DNA of 64,000 bases from Heptranchias perlo (Eukaryota): the NCBI RefSeq assembly GCF_035084215.1, contig NC_090326.1, positions 27,032,001-27,096,000 of the forward strand, written 5' to 3'. Shown here in pieces: positions 37,952 to 50,923 of this stretch; position 1 is the stretch's first letter; each line of letters starts with the position of its first letter. The notes under the pieces were generated by a model that saw nothing but the letters and a program-made list of their open reading frames with translations, made no database searches and had not been told where the DNA came from. The translations under genes and the position numbers were made by a program.

Positions 37952-39616
37952 CCTGCGTTTCTCCCCCACACTACCTTCTCTAAATGTGGAGAAACGTGCA
38001 TGGAGTCTCATTCCCCAACAGATGTGGTGCAGTCTGTTGTCAGGCTGTTTGAATGAGGGAAACTCCTCTCTCCTTTTACCAGACACACGGCTATTTAACT
38101 AAGGTTCATGAATAATGGCAATGGATGAACTTCACTAACATGTCACAGGAAATTATTCTTTAATGCGCCAAGAGCTGTGAAGTTTACTACAATTTTCACT
38201 TCAGTGGAACTGCAATTTCCTCAACAGTTTGAAACTTAGCTTTCATCTGGAGCACAGACCACTTGTGCAGAAGTAATAGCTACCAACCCCTGCTCTAATG
38301 GAATTGCACTGCTTACCGCTCAAACCGTCTGTGATTCAGCAGGCTCCGAACATGCCATTTTACCAAATGAATTCCTTACACTCTAACTAGGTATCTAGAG
38401 GGGACTGTGGAGGATAGGGAGTTCATTTATTGCTCTTCCAATTTCTCCAGTCCTGCTCATGGTACTCAATAATCCGTTCCCTATTGCCCCCTTTCCACTT
38501 TTCCACATTATACTTGGTGCAGAGGCCCAGAAGGAAACATAGGACTCTGCCGGGATCCATAATACAGGATCTAGATTACAAGGCAGTATGATAAGGGCCC
38601 TTTCTTCCTTAGTTTTATTGCAGAGTTTCCGCTTGCTCTGGATGTTTAAATAGCATTGTCTCTCACACCAGCCAGAGATATGTTAGGAGGCATGAGATCG
38701 CAACCCTGAGACAGAAGGCGAGGAGTTTGTGATCATGGGAGCGTTTAGTAGGCCTCCTTGTGTAACATAACTGTATAATGTACCATTTTGAGCTACAAAT
38801 ACTGTATGAAATGTGAGATCCATGCAAATAAGGTAGGTCTAATTGAATTAGTTCAGTTTGTAGCACCGGATATTGAATCCAGCACATTTGCAGTGTAATG
38901 ATGGTTGTAATAAATGTTGCATCTTGGAGAAGGACTAGCTGGAACTAATATACGACTCAAAAGAGTGGAGAAGTGACCTCTGTCTCGGTGGACAAAGTTC
39001 ACCCGGGTCTCAGAAACTGTTAATATCGAGTCATGTTTGTCCATGATCTTTGCAATTGGCTATCTGGTCTCTGGCCATCCGTGTTTTCCATTCTGTACCC
39101 TTGAAAGCTATTTGTGATTGACGAGTTTTGTTTAATTGTGTGAGAAACCCTTTTCATCTTCCTTTGTCTCAGTTCAGACTTCAAAACAAGAGCAGGTATA
39201 TGCGTTGCCCTGCCTTAAGGATTATTTACTGAATCTCACACTCATCAGAGAGTTAAATGAGCCGAGGCGAGTGGAAACACTCATGAATATTCCATTTTGT
39301 GGATAAGCTTTTCTTCTGTGTGCCAAATGAGAAGAATGACCGAAGTTTTGCTATGTGTTTTATTTTGAAACCGGTTTATACTGGTGAGATATCAAATATC
39401 CTCTTACTGTGACCGAGTGACTTCAGCTATAGTTTTCTCTTGCTTCTGAGAAGTTTTACTTCTCAATAAAACTGATTTGTATTTTTAGCCTAAAATATAC
39501 AGTGTTATTTCTTCATCAGTTGGAGAGGTTCAGCGAATTTCTAGTATTCACCACGACACAAAGTCTTGTTCCCCGGGACACGCCACCTCCCGTACAACCA
39601 TGAAAGTTTAAGAAAA

Positions 39617-40085
39617 TAAGAACATAAGAAATAGGAGCAGGAGTAGCCCGTACGGCCTCTCGAGCCTGTTCCGCCATTCAATAAGGTCATGGCTGACCTT
39701 CAACCTCAACTCCACTTTCCCGCCCAATCCCCATATCCCTTGATTCCCTTAGATTCCAAAAATCTATCGATCTCAGCCTTGAATGTACTCAACGACTCAG
39801 CATCCACAGCCCTCTGGGGTAGAGAATTCCAAAGATTCGCAACTCTCTGAGTGAAGTAATTCCTCCTCATCTCAGTCTTAAAAGGCCGACCTCTTAACCT
39901 GAGACAATGCCCCCTAGTTCTAGACTCTCCAGCCAGGGGCAACAGTATCTCAGCATCTACCCTGACAAGCCATCTCAGAATCTTGTATGTTTCAATGAGA
40001 TCACCTCTCATTCTTCTAAACTCCAGAGAATATAGGTCCATTCTACTCAACCTCTCCTCATAGGACAACCCTCTCATCCCAGGAA
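39617..40085 (-). mobile_element. CR1 3' end
   Basis: GLSYEERL..YSLEFRRMRGDLIETYKI..RRNYFTQRVANLWNSLP. Confidence 0.93.
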
Positions 40086-40449
40086 TCCCAGGCCATTTAC
40101 AGCATAGAAAGCCATTTGGCCCAATGTATCTGCTGGCTCTTTGCTGGAACAATGCAAAATTAATCCTTCTGGCCTGCTTTCTCCCCACGGCCCAATACCT
40201 TTCTCTGTTCCAAATATTTATCTCACCTCCCCTTAAAAGGTACAGATGGTCTCGACCTCAACTATTCCCTGTGGTAAAGCAGTGTCAGATTACTTTGCCT
40301 ATAAAGCCATGTTTGAATTGCTTGCCTATCGAAGCGTACTTTATGCTGGCCATAAGAAATATATTCAGAGACTACCTGCATCATAACAAGCAGCTTGTAA
40401 TTTCTAACTTGCAGCTGTTGCGGTTGAGCCTCTAAGGGTTAATGAATAC

Positions 40450-40680
40450 CAAGCATTATCTGCCCAACAAGCATCATCTTCACTGCACTGTAGCTGCAGT
40501 ACATGCTATCGACAGGATGCACTGCAGGCACTCACCAAAGTTACTTTGTTAGAACCCTCCCCGCCCCCTCCTCGCGACCACTACCACCAAGAAGGACAAG
40601 GGCAACAATGTTGTGGGAACATCACTCCCTCCAGGTCATGCACCATCCTGACTGGGACATATATCATCGTCACTAGCCCA
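40450..40680 (+). mobile_element. Diverged fragment of the LINE family seen at 44662-47885
   Basis: CAGGATGCACTGCAG...CTACCACCAAGAAGGACAAGGGCA...CACCATCCTGACT. Confidence 0.65.
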
Positions 40681-40973
40681 GCATGGCCATCTACAATGTA
40701 TTCCAATATGGACTCAACCTCAACCATTTACTTACCTGAGAAAAGTTTCCCCTGCCCCTCAATTCAGCCCCCTACCCCCAAAAGGGAATCAAAATCTACT
40801 TATCTAGCCCCACAATTTACCTTATACGTCCTTAACTGGTTGCGTTCTTTGGTATAACAGTTCTGTATGAATAAGCAATTAACATTGGCCGGACAAAACT
40901 TTTCCCCTATCCCTATACCGAAACCATAACCACCAGTCAGAATAAAACAACATGACAAATGTCCTAAAGACCC

Positions 40974-41510
40974 GGGGCATGATTTTAACTCGGAAAAACA
41001 GGTGGGTTGGAGCGGGGTTAGGGTTAGGGTGGGACAGTAAAAATGTTAAAAATCTTAAACTCGCCCCCAACCTGCCCATTTCCAGTTTTAACGGAGGCAA
41101 GTCGAGGGACGGGCGACCAACCCGCTCTTAGGAGGCAGGTCGGTCACTAAAAGCTTTCAAGGAGGCTGCAGGCCTCCATTTTAACAGATTTTTTGTTTTT
41201 AACTCCTGGGGGCCCGGATTTCCGGGCCTTCGACTTCACGCCGTGTGAGAGGAGGCAAGAAAGCCCGAAACAGCAGGGAAGTGTATTTATAGCACAGCTT
41301 GTGGGCCCAGAGGAGTAGGAGTGCTTCCCCCAGTCCCAACAAGCCTATGTGCAGTGACCACCCCCATGATCTCTGAACCCCCCCTCACAATCTCCGACCC
41401 CCGCCTCATGATCGCCGACCGCCCCCCCCGTCATGATCTCTGATCCCACCATGATCTTTGACCCCCGCGATGACCCCCGACGCCCCCGCTGACTAACCCC
41501 CCCCCCGCAT
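40974..41510. mobile_element. Half of a Harbinger-type non-autonomous element
   Basis: GGGGCATGATTTTAAC terminus; reverse similarity to the 36997-37951 interior (CTTGTGGGCC..GAGGAG.AGGAGTGCTTC). Confidence 0.7.
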
Positions 41511-42329
41511 GACAATATGCTGTTGAAACACTGAGGAAACATAATGCTCAAGAGCAATGGTTTCAGGCTATTGTCCACAACGGCCTGTGTGTGACTGAGG
41601 TACACTGATTGCAGCACACAGAAAGAATGAATTGACACCTGCATTGTCTTGTGCAATTTTAAATCAATGGGCCAGAACATGTCACTCAGCTGTGACAAGG
41701 GAGGTTTGAACTGGAAGTCAACATCTTGTGGGACGGGAAACAAGGCTAACATAGAAAGAAAAGGGTGAGGAAGCAGAAAGAAATTGTGATACCAAGAAAA
41801 ACAAAATAAAACAAACAAAATAAGTGATGTGGGAACACGGTGAAGGAAGGAAATCAATAAATAAATAGAAAGAGTAGTTGTATAAGATTGGGGAGAGGGA
41901 TCACTTGGGGTTCCCTTATACTCGATGCTTTTTGAAGAAGTAACACAGCAAGGTGGCTGCAAAGCCTATCGTGAGCAACAGGGTCTGAAGAGTCCATCTC
42001 CTGGTACAGCCTTCGCCATCACATTCATCCCCAACCTTGCTTAGAAAAGTCACCACTATGAAAGAGTGCTTGTGCTTCTGGGAGTTCAGTCCTAAACCTT
42101 TCAACTGTATCAGCAACAATGGACTGTTGGAACTTGCCATCCATACATGGCTTTCCATCTCATTTTAAGGAAGTGGACATTTACAACGGACAGTCAATCA
42201 TTCATAATGTTCTTCCATCTGTCTGAGTGAGAGAAGAAATCTACATTTATTATCCTTATTTGGCCTTCCTCGCCATATATACAATGGATATGTAGAAATG
42301 ATTCATCTTTCATACAGAGGAATCAATTG

Positions 42330-42760
42330 AAAGAAAGACAGACTTGCAATTAAATAGCGCCTTTATGTCTCACAAAAAAAAATCACAAAACACTTCACGT
42401 TAAATAAATGAATCATATTGAAGTACGACCTCTGCTGCATGATAATCATTTTGTGCACAGCAAGATTCCAAAACATTGATGAGATAAATAGCCAGTTAAT
42501 TAGTGCTTGGTGATGTTGGTCAAGGGTGGAATATTGGCCAAGTCACCAGGAGACCACCCTGCTCTTCTTCAAATAGTGCCATAAGATCTTGAAAATCCAC
42601 CTGAATACTCACAGGTAGATTTTGTCCGAAGCAAGGCACCTCCAACAATGCAGCACTCCCTCAGTACTGTATTGGAGTATCAGTTTAGATTAAATGCTCA
42701 AGTCCTGGAGTAAGGTTTGAATCTACATTCTTCTAACTCGGAGTCAGGAGCAAACCTAAC
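42330..42760 (-). mobile_element. DeuSINE, diverged
   Basis: Reverse complement of Deu core and tail. Confidence 0.8.
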
Positions 42761-43298
42761 AGTATGCAACATTGTAACCGTATCCTCTCTGAATGTGGGC
42801 TTGGAAGACACAAATGGGTTAAGGAAGAGTTAACAAGTTTTTTTTAACCAAAATAAAAAGTTGCAATTTGACATCCTTACATGCTCCTCATCTCAATATC
42901 TGTCCTTTGAGGCAATGTTACTGTCATGTCATTGGCTCAGCTTGCTGCTCTTCTGTTTGCGCCCTTGGCAACACCTGGCTTACCCGAGAGAAAACATTGT
43001 GGCGCGCTCTTTGCCAACAGCTGTTTAACCAGCGATCGATAGCCCTGCATCTCCAAATAGGTCATTCCTTTTCAGCGTTGCTGACGCAACCTGCATTTCC
43101 ATGGCCCTGTTTGTGAACTGGGCTTTTTAAAATTCGTTGCTCTAATGAATTTCGCACTCTGCACAGCTGGATTAATGGCCTTGGCCATTAGTGGACAATT
43201 TCAGCGATGCTTTGACCACTTCAGCAATGCAGTGAACAGGCAAGCTCATAGTTGGACAACTTTCTGTCACCATAGGCAACAAGATCCTATTGGATGAA

Positions 43299-43624
43299 TA
43301 ACGTCTCATCTGAAGGACGGCACCTCTGATAGTGCAGCACTCCCTCAGTGCTGCACTGAAGTGTCAGCCTGCATTATATGCTCAAGTCTGCATCGGAGTT
43401 TGACTTTCTAGCTCAGAGGGGAGTGCAGGGGAGTTCTCCCCGGTGTCCTGGCCAATATTTATCCCTCTACCAACATTAATAAAAGCAGATTATCTAGTCA
43501 TTATCTCATTGCTGTTTGTAGGGCCTTACTGTGCGCAATTTGGCTGCTGCATTTCCGACATTACAACAGTGACTACACTTCAGGAGTTCTTAATTGGCTG
43601 TAAAGCATTTGGGGCATCCTGAGG
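43299..43624. mobile_element. DeuSINE with inverted 5' part
   Basis: 43299-43426 is the antisense 5' part and 43425-43624 the sense 3' part. Confidence 0.8.
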
Positions 43625-44500
43625 GGGAAGGAGGTGTGTAGGTGAGCGTGGCAAACCCAAATTAAAAAAAATTCACCGTTTCCGACACGATCGCGATGTA
43701 ATTGATGGTGATTAAAGTTGTTTCCGGGTTTCGCTCCTGGCAGCCCCTGATTGACAGGCTGGCTGCTGGCCGGAGCTGCAATGCCGAGGGTGGGGGTGGG
43801 GAGAGAGAGAGCACGAGGCGTCATCCAGCGTTGGAACAGAGAGTGGAGAGCGCTGAAGATCGAGGAGTTGGGGGAGAGAGGAGCGGATCAGCGGGGAGAG
43901 GGGTAGATCGTGAGGGGAGAGGGAAAGATCGGGGGGGAAGAGGGGAAGATCGGGGGGATGAGGGGAAGATTGGGGGGGAAAGGGGGAGATCGGAGAGGGG
44001 CATCGGGGAGGAGAGGCGAAGATCAGAGAGGGACATCGTGGGGGGGAGAGGGACTTCGGAGAGAGAGACATCGGATATCGGAGCAGGGTGGAAAGGTAGG
44101 ATTATTTGTTTTTTTACTTTGTGCAATGGTTTGTTATTTAATTTATTTTGTTTATTTTTGCCTGATCCTGCCCTTCATGCCTGGTTTCACCAGGCGTGAA
44201 TCGGAAGCCGTGGGAAAGTCGCCCAGGGAAGTTAAAAATCGTTTTAACTATCTACTGTGTCAGAAAAAAGCACCTTATGTACCTCAATGAGGTACATTTG
44301 ATTCTTTAACTATCATCCCGCCAGCAACTTCCAGATTAAGGAAGCGCGCACGCACACAGGCGCGTATGTGGGAAACTCGGAAGTCGGCGGGTTGGAGCCG
44401 GCTTCCTAACCAGCTTGGGATTTTCACCAATCTCACAGCCCCCCTCCCACCCCCGACACCCGCCCCCAACGCACCCGCAATTTGTTTTAAAATTGAGCCC
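43625..44500. mobile_element. Non-autonomous Harbinger-type element, left terminus lost
   Basis: Collinear with 26723-27476; ends TAAAATTGAGCCC|ATT. Confidence 0.8.
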
Positions 44501-44524
44501 ATTAAATTCAGTTATATTTTTTTA

Positions 44525-44652
44525 AATAGTCAAGGGATATGGGGAAAAAGCGGGAACAGGGTACTGAGTTAGCCATGATCATTTTGAATGGTGGAGTAGG
44601 CCCGAAGGGCCGAATGGCCTACTCTTGCTCCTATTTTCTATGTTTCTATGTT
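44525..44652 (+). mobile_element. CR1 3' tail
   Basis: CAAGGGATATGGGG...GGCCGAATGGCCTACTC...(TTTCTATG)n. Confidence 0.8.
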
Positions 44653-44661
44653 TAAGACAGA

Positions 44662-47600
44662 TTTTTTTTATTCATTCATGGAATGTGGGCGTCGCTGGCG
44701 AGGCCGGCATTTATTGCCCATCCCTAATTGCCCTTGAGAAGGTGGTGGTGAGCCGCCTTCTTGAACGGCTGCAGTCCGTGTGGTGAAGGTTCTCCCACAG
44801 TGCTGTTAGGAAGGGAGTTCCAGGATTTTGACCCAGTGACGATGAAGGAACGGCGATATATTTCCAAGTCGGGATGGTGTGTGACTTGGAGGGGAACGTG
44901 CAGGTGGTGTCATTCCCATGTGCCTGCTGCCCTTGTCCTTCTAGGTGGTAGAGGTCGTGGGTTTGGGAGGTGCTGTCAAAGAAGCCTTGGCGAGTTGCTG
45001 TAGTGCATCCTGTGGATGGTACACACTGCAGCCACTGTGCGCCGGTGGTGAAAGAGTGAATGTTTAGGGTGGTGGATGGGGTGCCAATCAAGCGGGCTGC
45101 TTTGTCCTGGATGGTGTCGAGCTTCTTGAGTGTTGTTGGAGCTGCACTCATCCAAGCAAGTGGAGAGTATTCCATCACACTCCTGAATTATGCCTTGTAG
45201 ATGGTGGAAAGGCTTTGGGGAGTCAGGAGGTGAGTCACTCGCCACAGAATACCCAGCCTCTGACCTGCTCTCGTAGCCACAGTATTTATATGGCTGGTCC
45301 AGTTAAGTTTCTGGACAATGGTGACCCCCAGGATGTTGATGGTGGGGGATTCAGCGATGGTAATGCCGTTGAATGTCAAGGGGAGGTGGTTAGACTCTCT
45401 CTTGTTGGAGATGGTCATTGCCTTGCACTTATCTGGCACGAATGTTACTTGCCACTTATGAGCCCAAGCCTGGATTTTGTCCAGGTCTTGCTGCATGCGG
45501 GCTCAGACTGCTTCGTTATTTGAGGGGTTGAGAATGGAACTGAACACTGTGCAGTGATCAGCGAACATCCCCATTTCTGACCTTATGATGGAGGGAAGGT
45601 CATTGATGAAGCAGCTGAAGATGGTTGGGCCTAGGACACTGCCCTGAGGAACTCCTGCAGCAACGTCCTGGGGCTGAGATGATTGGCCTCGAACAACCAC
45701 GACCATCTTCCTTTGTGCTAGGTATGACTCCAGCCACTGGAGAGTTTTCCCCCTGATTCCCATTGACTTCAATTTTACTCAGGCTCCTTGGTGCCACACT
45801 CGGTCAAATGCTGCCTTGATGTCAAGGGCAGTCACTCTCACCTCACCTCTGGAATTCAGCTCTTTTGTCCATGTTTGGACCAAGGCTGTAATGAGGTCTG
45901 GAGCCGAGTGGTCCTGGCGGAACCCAAACTGAGCATCGGTGAGCAGGTTATTGGTGAGTCAGTGCCGCTTGATAGCACTGTCGACGACACCTTCCATCAC
46001 TTTGCTGATGATTGAGAGTAGACTGATGGGGCGGTAATTGGCCGGATTGGATTTGTCCTGCTTTTTGTGGACAGGACATACCTGGGCAATTTTCCACATT
46101 GTCGGGTAGATGCCAGTGTTGTAGCTGTACTGGAACAGCTTGGCTAGAGGCGCAGATAGCTCTGGAGCACAAGTCTTCAGCACTACAGCTGGGATGTTGT
46201 CGGGGCCCATAGCCTTTGCTGTATCCAGTGCACTCAGCCGTTTCTTGATATCAAGTGGAGTGAATCGAATTGGCTGAAGACTGGCTTCTGTGATGGTGGG
46301 GATATCGGGAGGAGGCCGAGATAGATCATCCACTCGGCACTTCTGGCTGAAGATGGTTGCAAACGCTTCAGCCTGGTCTTTTGCACTCACATGCTGGACT
46401 CCGCCATCATTGAGGATGGGGATGTTTGCAGAGCCTCCTCCTCCTGTTAGTTGTTTAATTGTCCACCACCATTCACGACTGGATGTGGCAGGACTGCAGA
46501 GCTTTGATCTGATCTGTTGGTTGTGGAATCGCTTAGCTCTGTCTATAGCATGCTGCTTCCGCTGTTTAGCATGCATGTCGTCCTGAGTTGTAGCTTCACC
46601 AGGTTGGCACCTCATTTTTAGGTACGCCTGGTGCTGCTCCTGGCATGCTCTTCTACACTCCTCATTGAACCAGGGTTGATCCCCTGGCTTGTTGGTAATG
46701 GTAGAGTGAGGAATATACCGGGCCATGAGGTTACAGATTGTGCTGGAATACAATTTTGCTGCTGCTGATAGCCCACAGTGCCTCATGGGTGCCCAGTTTT
46801 GAGCTGCTAGATCTGTTCTGAATCTATCCCATTTGGCATGGTGGTAGTGCCACACAACACGTTGGATGGTGTCCTCAGTGCGAAGACGGGACTTCATCTC
46901 CACGAGGACTGTGCGGTGGTCACTCCTACCAATACTGTCATGGACACATGCATTTGCGACAGGTAGATTGGTGAGGACGAGGTCAAGTAAGTTTTTCCCT
47001 CGTGTTGGTTCGCTCACCACCTGCCGCAGGCCCAGTCTGGCAGTTATGTCCTTCAGGACTCGGCCAGCTCGGTCAGTGGTGGTGCTACCGAGCCACTCTT
47101 GGTGATGGACATTGAAGTCCCCCACCCAGAGTACATTTTGTGCCCTTGCTACCCTCAGTGCTTCCTCCAAGTGGTGCTCAACATGGAGGAGGACTGATTC
47201 ATCAGCTGAGGGAGGACGGTAGGTGGTAATCAGCAGGAGGTTTCCTTGCCCATGTTTGACCTGATGCCATGAGATTTCATGGGGTCCAGAGTCAATGTTG
47301 ATGACTCCCAGGGCCACTCCCTCCTGACTGTATATCACTGTACCGCCACCTTTGATGGGTCTGTCCTGCCGGTGGGACAGGACATACCCAGGGATGGTGA
47401 TGGAAGAGTCTGGGACGTTGGCTGAAAGGTATGATTCTGTGAGTATGGCTATGTCAGGCTGTTGCTTGACTAGTCTGTGGGACAGCTCTCCCAATTTTGG
47501 CACAAGTCCCCAGATGTTAGTGAGGAGGACCTTGCAGGGTCGACTGGGCTTGGTGTTTTGCCTTTGTCGTGTCCGGTGCCTAGTGGTCTGATACCGGGTG

Positions 47601-47885
47601 GTCCATCCGGTTTTATTCTTATTATGACTTTTCGTAGCGAGATCTTACAACTGAGTGTCTTGCTGGGCCATTTCAGAGGGCAATTAAGAATTAACCACAT
47701 TGCTGTGGGTCTGGAGTCACATATAGGCCAGACCGGGTAAGGACGGCAGGTTTCCTCCCCTAAAGGACATTTGTGAACCTGATGGGTTTTTACGACAATC
47801 CGGTAGTTTCATGGCTACCATTACTGATACTAGTATTTTAATTCCAGATTTTTTATTTAATTAATTGAATTTAATCAATTAATTC
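44662..47885 (-). mobile_element. Near-full-length CR1-group LINE with APE endonuclease and RT and no ORF1; disrupted
   Basis: APE motifs LTNIWG, LTESYL, GGG, YRPP, GDFN, LDL, SDH; RT motifs [28 protein letters not shown]; several stops and frameshifts; GAATGAAT(A)n 3' end. Confidence 0.93.
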
Positions 47886-49740
47886 AAGATGGGATCTTAG
47901 ATGTAGAGTTTTCACAAAGATTCCATTTTGAAGACTGCAACCCTCAAGCATCATGTGCGAGATTAAAGCTCTTCATAAGCACTCACTTAAAAACCACAGG
48001 ATGTTACAAAAATAATGACTGGCTATGAATATTAATGACAACACTTAATAATATTTGGTAGCTGGGAAAATATAACTGGCTGTGAACACCAGCCACTTCC
48101 TGCCCACTAAGGTCTCGTTTCCTCCCCACCCACAAGTGCATTCCCTAACACCCCCGGGGAGATTGCTCTGTGCCACCCACCATCTCACCATGATTACTAT
48201 TAGACTCCTCCTCCATCCTGCTCACTTGCAAGACCCAGCCTGAACATTTACCACTAACGTTTGGTATTAATAACATAAACGTCAGCAGTAATACCATCAT
48301 GTAGAGCTTTTTATATGTATATATATATGAAAACAGGAATTTGTGGCTTGCAAATCAAAAAGAAATGCCTCACAATACAAAGGCTTTGAAGCACCGCATT
48401 TCTGGCAAAATGTGTGTAAACATGCCCTAAGTGATCATTTCCGCAGGATTCGGTTTGCCTCATCACCACAGCTTCATTCAAAAAAACCCTTTGCATACCT
48501 GCATAAAGCACAACAAGGTTTCACCTTCATCCAGAACAACCGCACACACTATTTTCTCACCTCCGCCCTCTTCTTTGAGAAAAGTTTTCTTCTCCATGCC
48601 CACCCATGGAGCAAACTGGAGGAAGCCAGGTTCCCTGGACCACCAAAAGATATCGCAAGTCGTCTTTCAAAATTCTTCAGTCTTCAGTAAGAAGTCTGCT
48701 TTTGTTAACCCTTAAGGCATCAGATTCCATGGCCATATGTGTACACTCAGCGACTGATAATACAAGAACCTTATTACAGAAAATTGCCATAGATATCGGG
48801 TTTTACACTTAAAAGTCCAATAGGGCACTTTATTAACTTTGCCTGTTTCACACGGCTAAAATGTCAAGATTCACAAGGTTTTTTTCCATCTCTTTCTTTA
48901 TAACTTTGCAGCAGCTTTCAATTTCATCTTTTAACTTCAAATAAGCGTTAGCCGTGGCTCATTGGTAGCTCTCTGGCCTCTGGGTCAGAAGGTCGTAGCC
49001 ACAAGCCCGACTCCAGGGACTTGAGCACAAAATCTAGGCTGACACTCCAGTACAGTACTGAGGGAGTGCTGCACTGTCCGAGGTACCATCTTTCGGATGA
49101 AACTTTAAACTGAGGCCCTGTCTGCCTTCTCAAGCGGACGTAAAAGATCCCATGGCACTATTTCAAAGAAGAGGAGGGGAGTTCTAAAAACCAAAAATGC
49201 TGGAAATACTCAGCAAAGTCGGGTAGCATCTGTGGAGAAAGAAACAGAGTTAATGGGCTCCATTTTAGCACCCGCTATCGGGTGCGTTCCTGTCGGGGGG
49301 GCTCCGAAAATCGGGGAATCCCGGAGCGGGTCGGGAGCCCGGCTCCCGCATGTGGGACTCCCACAGGCAATTAAAGCCGGCGGGGTGCCACTTGAGAGTA
49401 TTTATCTTGTCGTTTCAGGTCATTAACAGACCTGATTAAGGGAATATTTCAGGAGGGGTGGGATTTTAGAAACAACTGGGACTGTTTCCCATACTGGGGG
49501 AAACACTCCCAGTTGAAATGGACGTGTTGCAGCTATCAGCCTGTGGCAGCTGCAAAGGTCCATTTGACAGGTGGGTGGGGGAGACCCTCACTCATCGCAG
49601 GAGGCCACTCTGTCACTTGGGACAAAGTTTGGCCTCCACCACCCTCCTCCTGACAATCAAAGTCACCAACTTGCACACTTACCCCGGGGTCCAGAGACAT
49701 GTACCTACCTTGCGGACCCCCTCAGATGTACGTCTTCCGG

Positions 49741-50217
49741 ATGGAGGCTGCCGTAGCTGCAGTCATGACCTCCTCGGAGGGCGAACAGCATCACCGGCCT
49801 CGCCGGCCAAGCCGTCCACCTCTGACACGTGGAGCTCCACAACACAGTGCTGTGACACATCCACCTGCACAGCAGGAGGGATGGCAACCGCAGAGAGAGA
49901 TGCGTCGCAGGGGGCACTACCCTCGCCACAGGGTCCACAGACCGAGGCTCAGCTTCCTGGACCTCTCTGAGCAGCAGTGCACACGGAGGCTCAGAGTCAC
50001 TCGACATGTAGTCGTGGACATCTGCAGCCTCCTTCATGCCGAGCTGCTCCCGGCTGGCCCGAGCACCATCTTCTTACCTGTTGCTGTCAAAGTCACCACT
50101 GCCCTCAACAACTTCTCCTCCGCATCTTTTCAGGGTGCCACCGGGGACATCGCCGACGTCTCTCAGTCATCTGCACAAAAGAGCCCTGCAAATACACCTA
50201 CACCCACTCTGCAGTGA
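49741..50217 (+). pseudogene. Harbinger (HARBI1-like) transposase N-terminal/HTH part, lacking the DDE domain
   Basis: RPRLSFLDLSEQQCTRRLR..LPVAVKVTTALN.FSSASFQGATGDI..VSQS. Confidence 0.85.
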
Positions 50218-50745
50218 CACAATGGGTGGCATCAGTTGTGGGTCTTCATTGTGATCCTCAGGAAAGGGCATTATTGCACAAACCAGACATGATTCGCAAA
50301 GACGTGGCAGTAGTGGTGCCAATATAATATGTGATGTGAGTTGGTCAGAAATTAAATATAGGTAAACACCATGACAAACCCTCAAACACCCTTGTGCATC
50401 CCCTTCATGCTCACGACACGTTTGCCTTACGCTTCCTACTGCACATATGTGATGCATGCCCTGTGGCTGCAGCACAGGTAGTGGCAGGTTGAGTGAGGCT
50501 GACTGTGAAAGAGATGCATGAGAGGGTGAGTATGAGATAGAGCCATGAGATTGTATGAGGATTGGGTTGAGTGGTAGTGGCGGGATGAGTACTGGCGAGG
50601 TGAGTAAGTGCAGGTAAGATGAGGATGAGGTTTGAGTGGATGTGAGGGGTGATGTGACATAGTAGTGATGGCAGTGCAGAAGGAGATGTGGGGTGGGGGC
50701 GGTGATGTGGCAGACGGAGTGTAGGGGAATGAGTAAGTGTACTCA

Positions 50746-50923
50746 CTTTGGCTGACCTACTGAGGTCATTGCAGCGCCTCCTGCACTGTATGCAGGTGGG
50801 CGATATGTTGGTGGTGCAGGTGACCTCCTCTGCCACCTCAAGCCAGGCCTTCCTTGTGGCAGAGGCAGGCCGCTTCCTCCCGCCCGCCGGGAGAAAGATC
50901 TCTGTCCTCCCCCTCCTCCTCAC
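50746..50923 (-). pseudogene. Myb/SANT-like DNA-binding protein exon of Harbinger
   Basis: RKAWLEVAEEV...T.IQCRRRCNDL (trihelix W..VA..V / QC..R.NDL), followed by donor AAA|gtgagt. Confidence 0.8.

Noticed and set aside
41345-41962. 205-aa ORF
   Set aside because: It spans low-complexity and MITE sequence and has no protein-like features.
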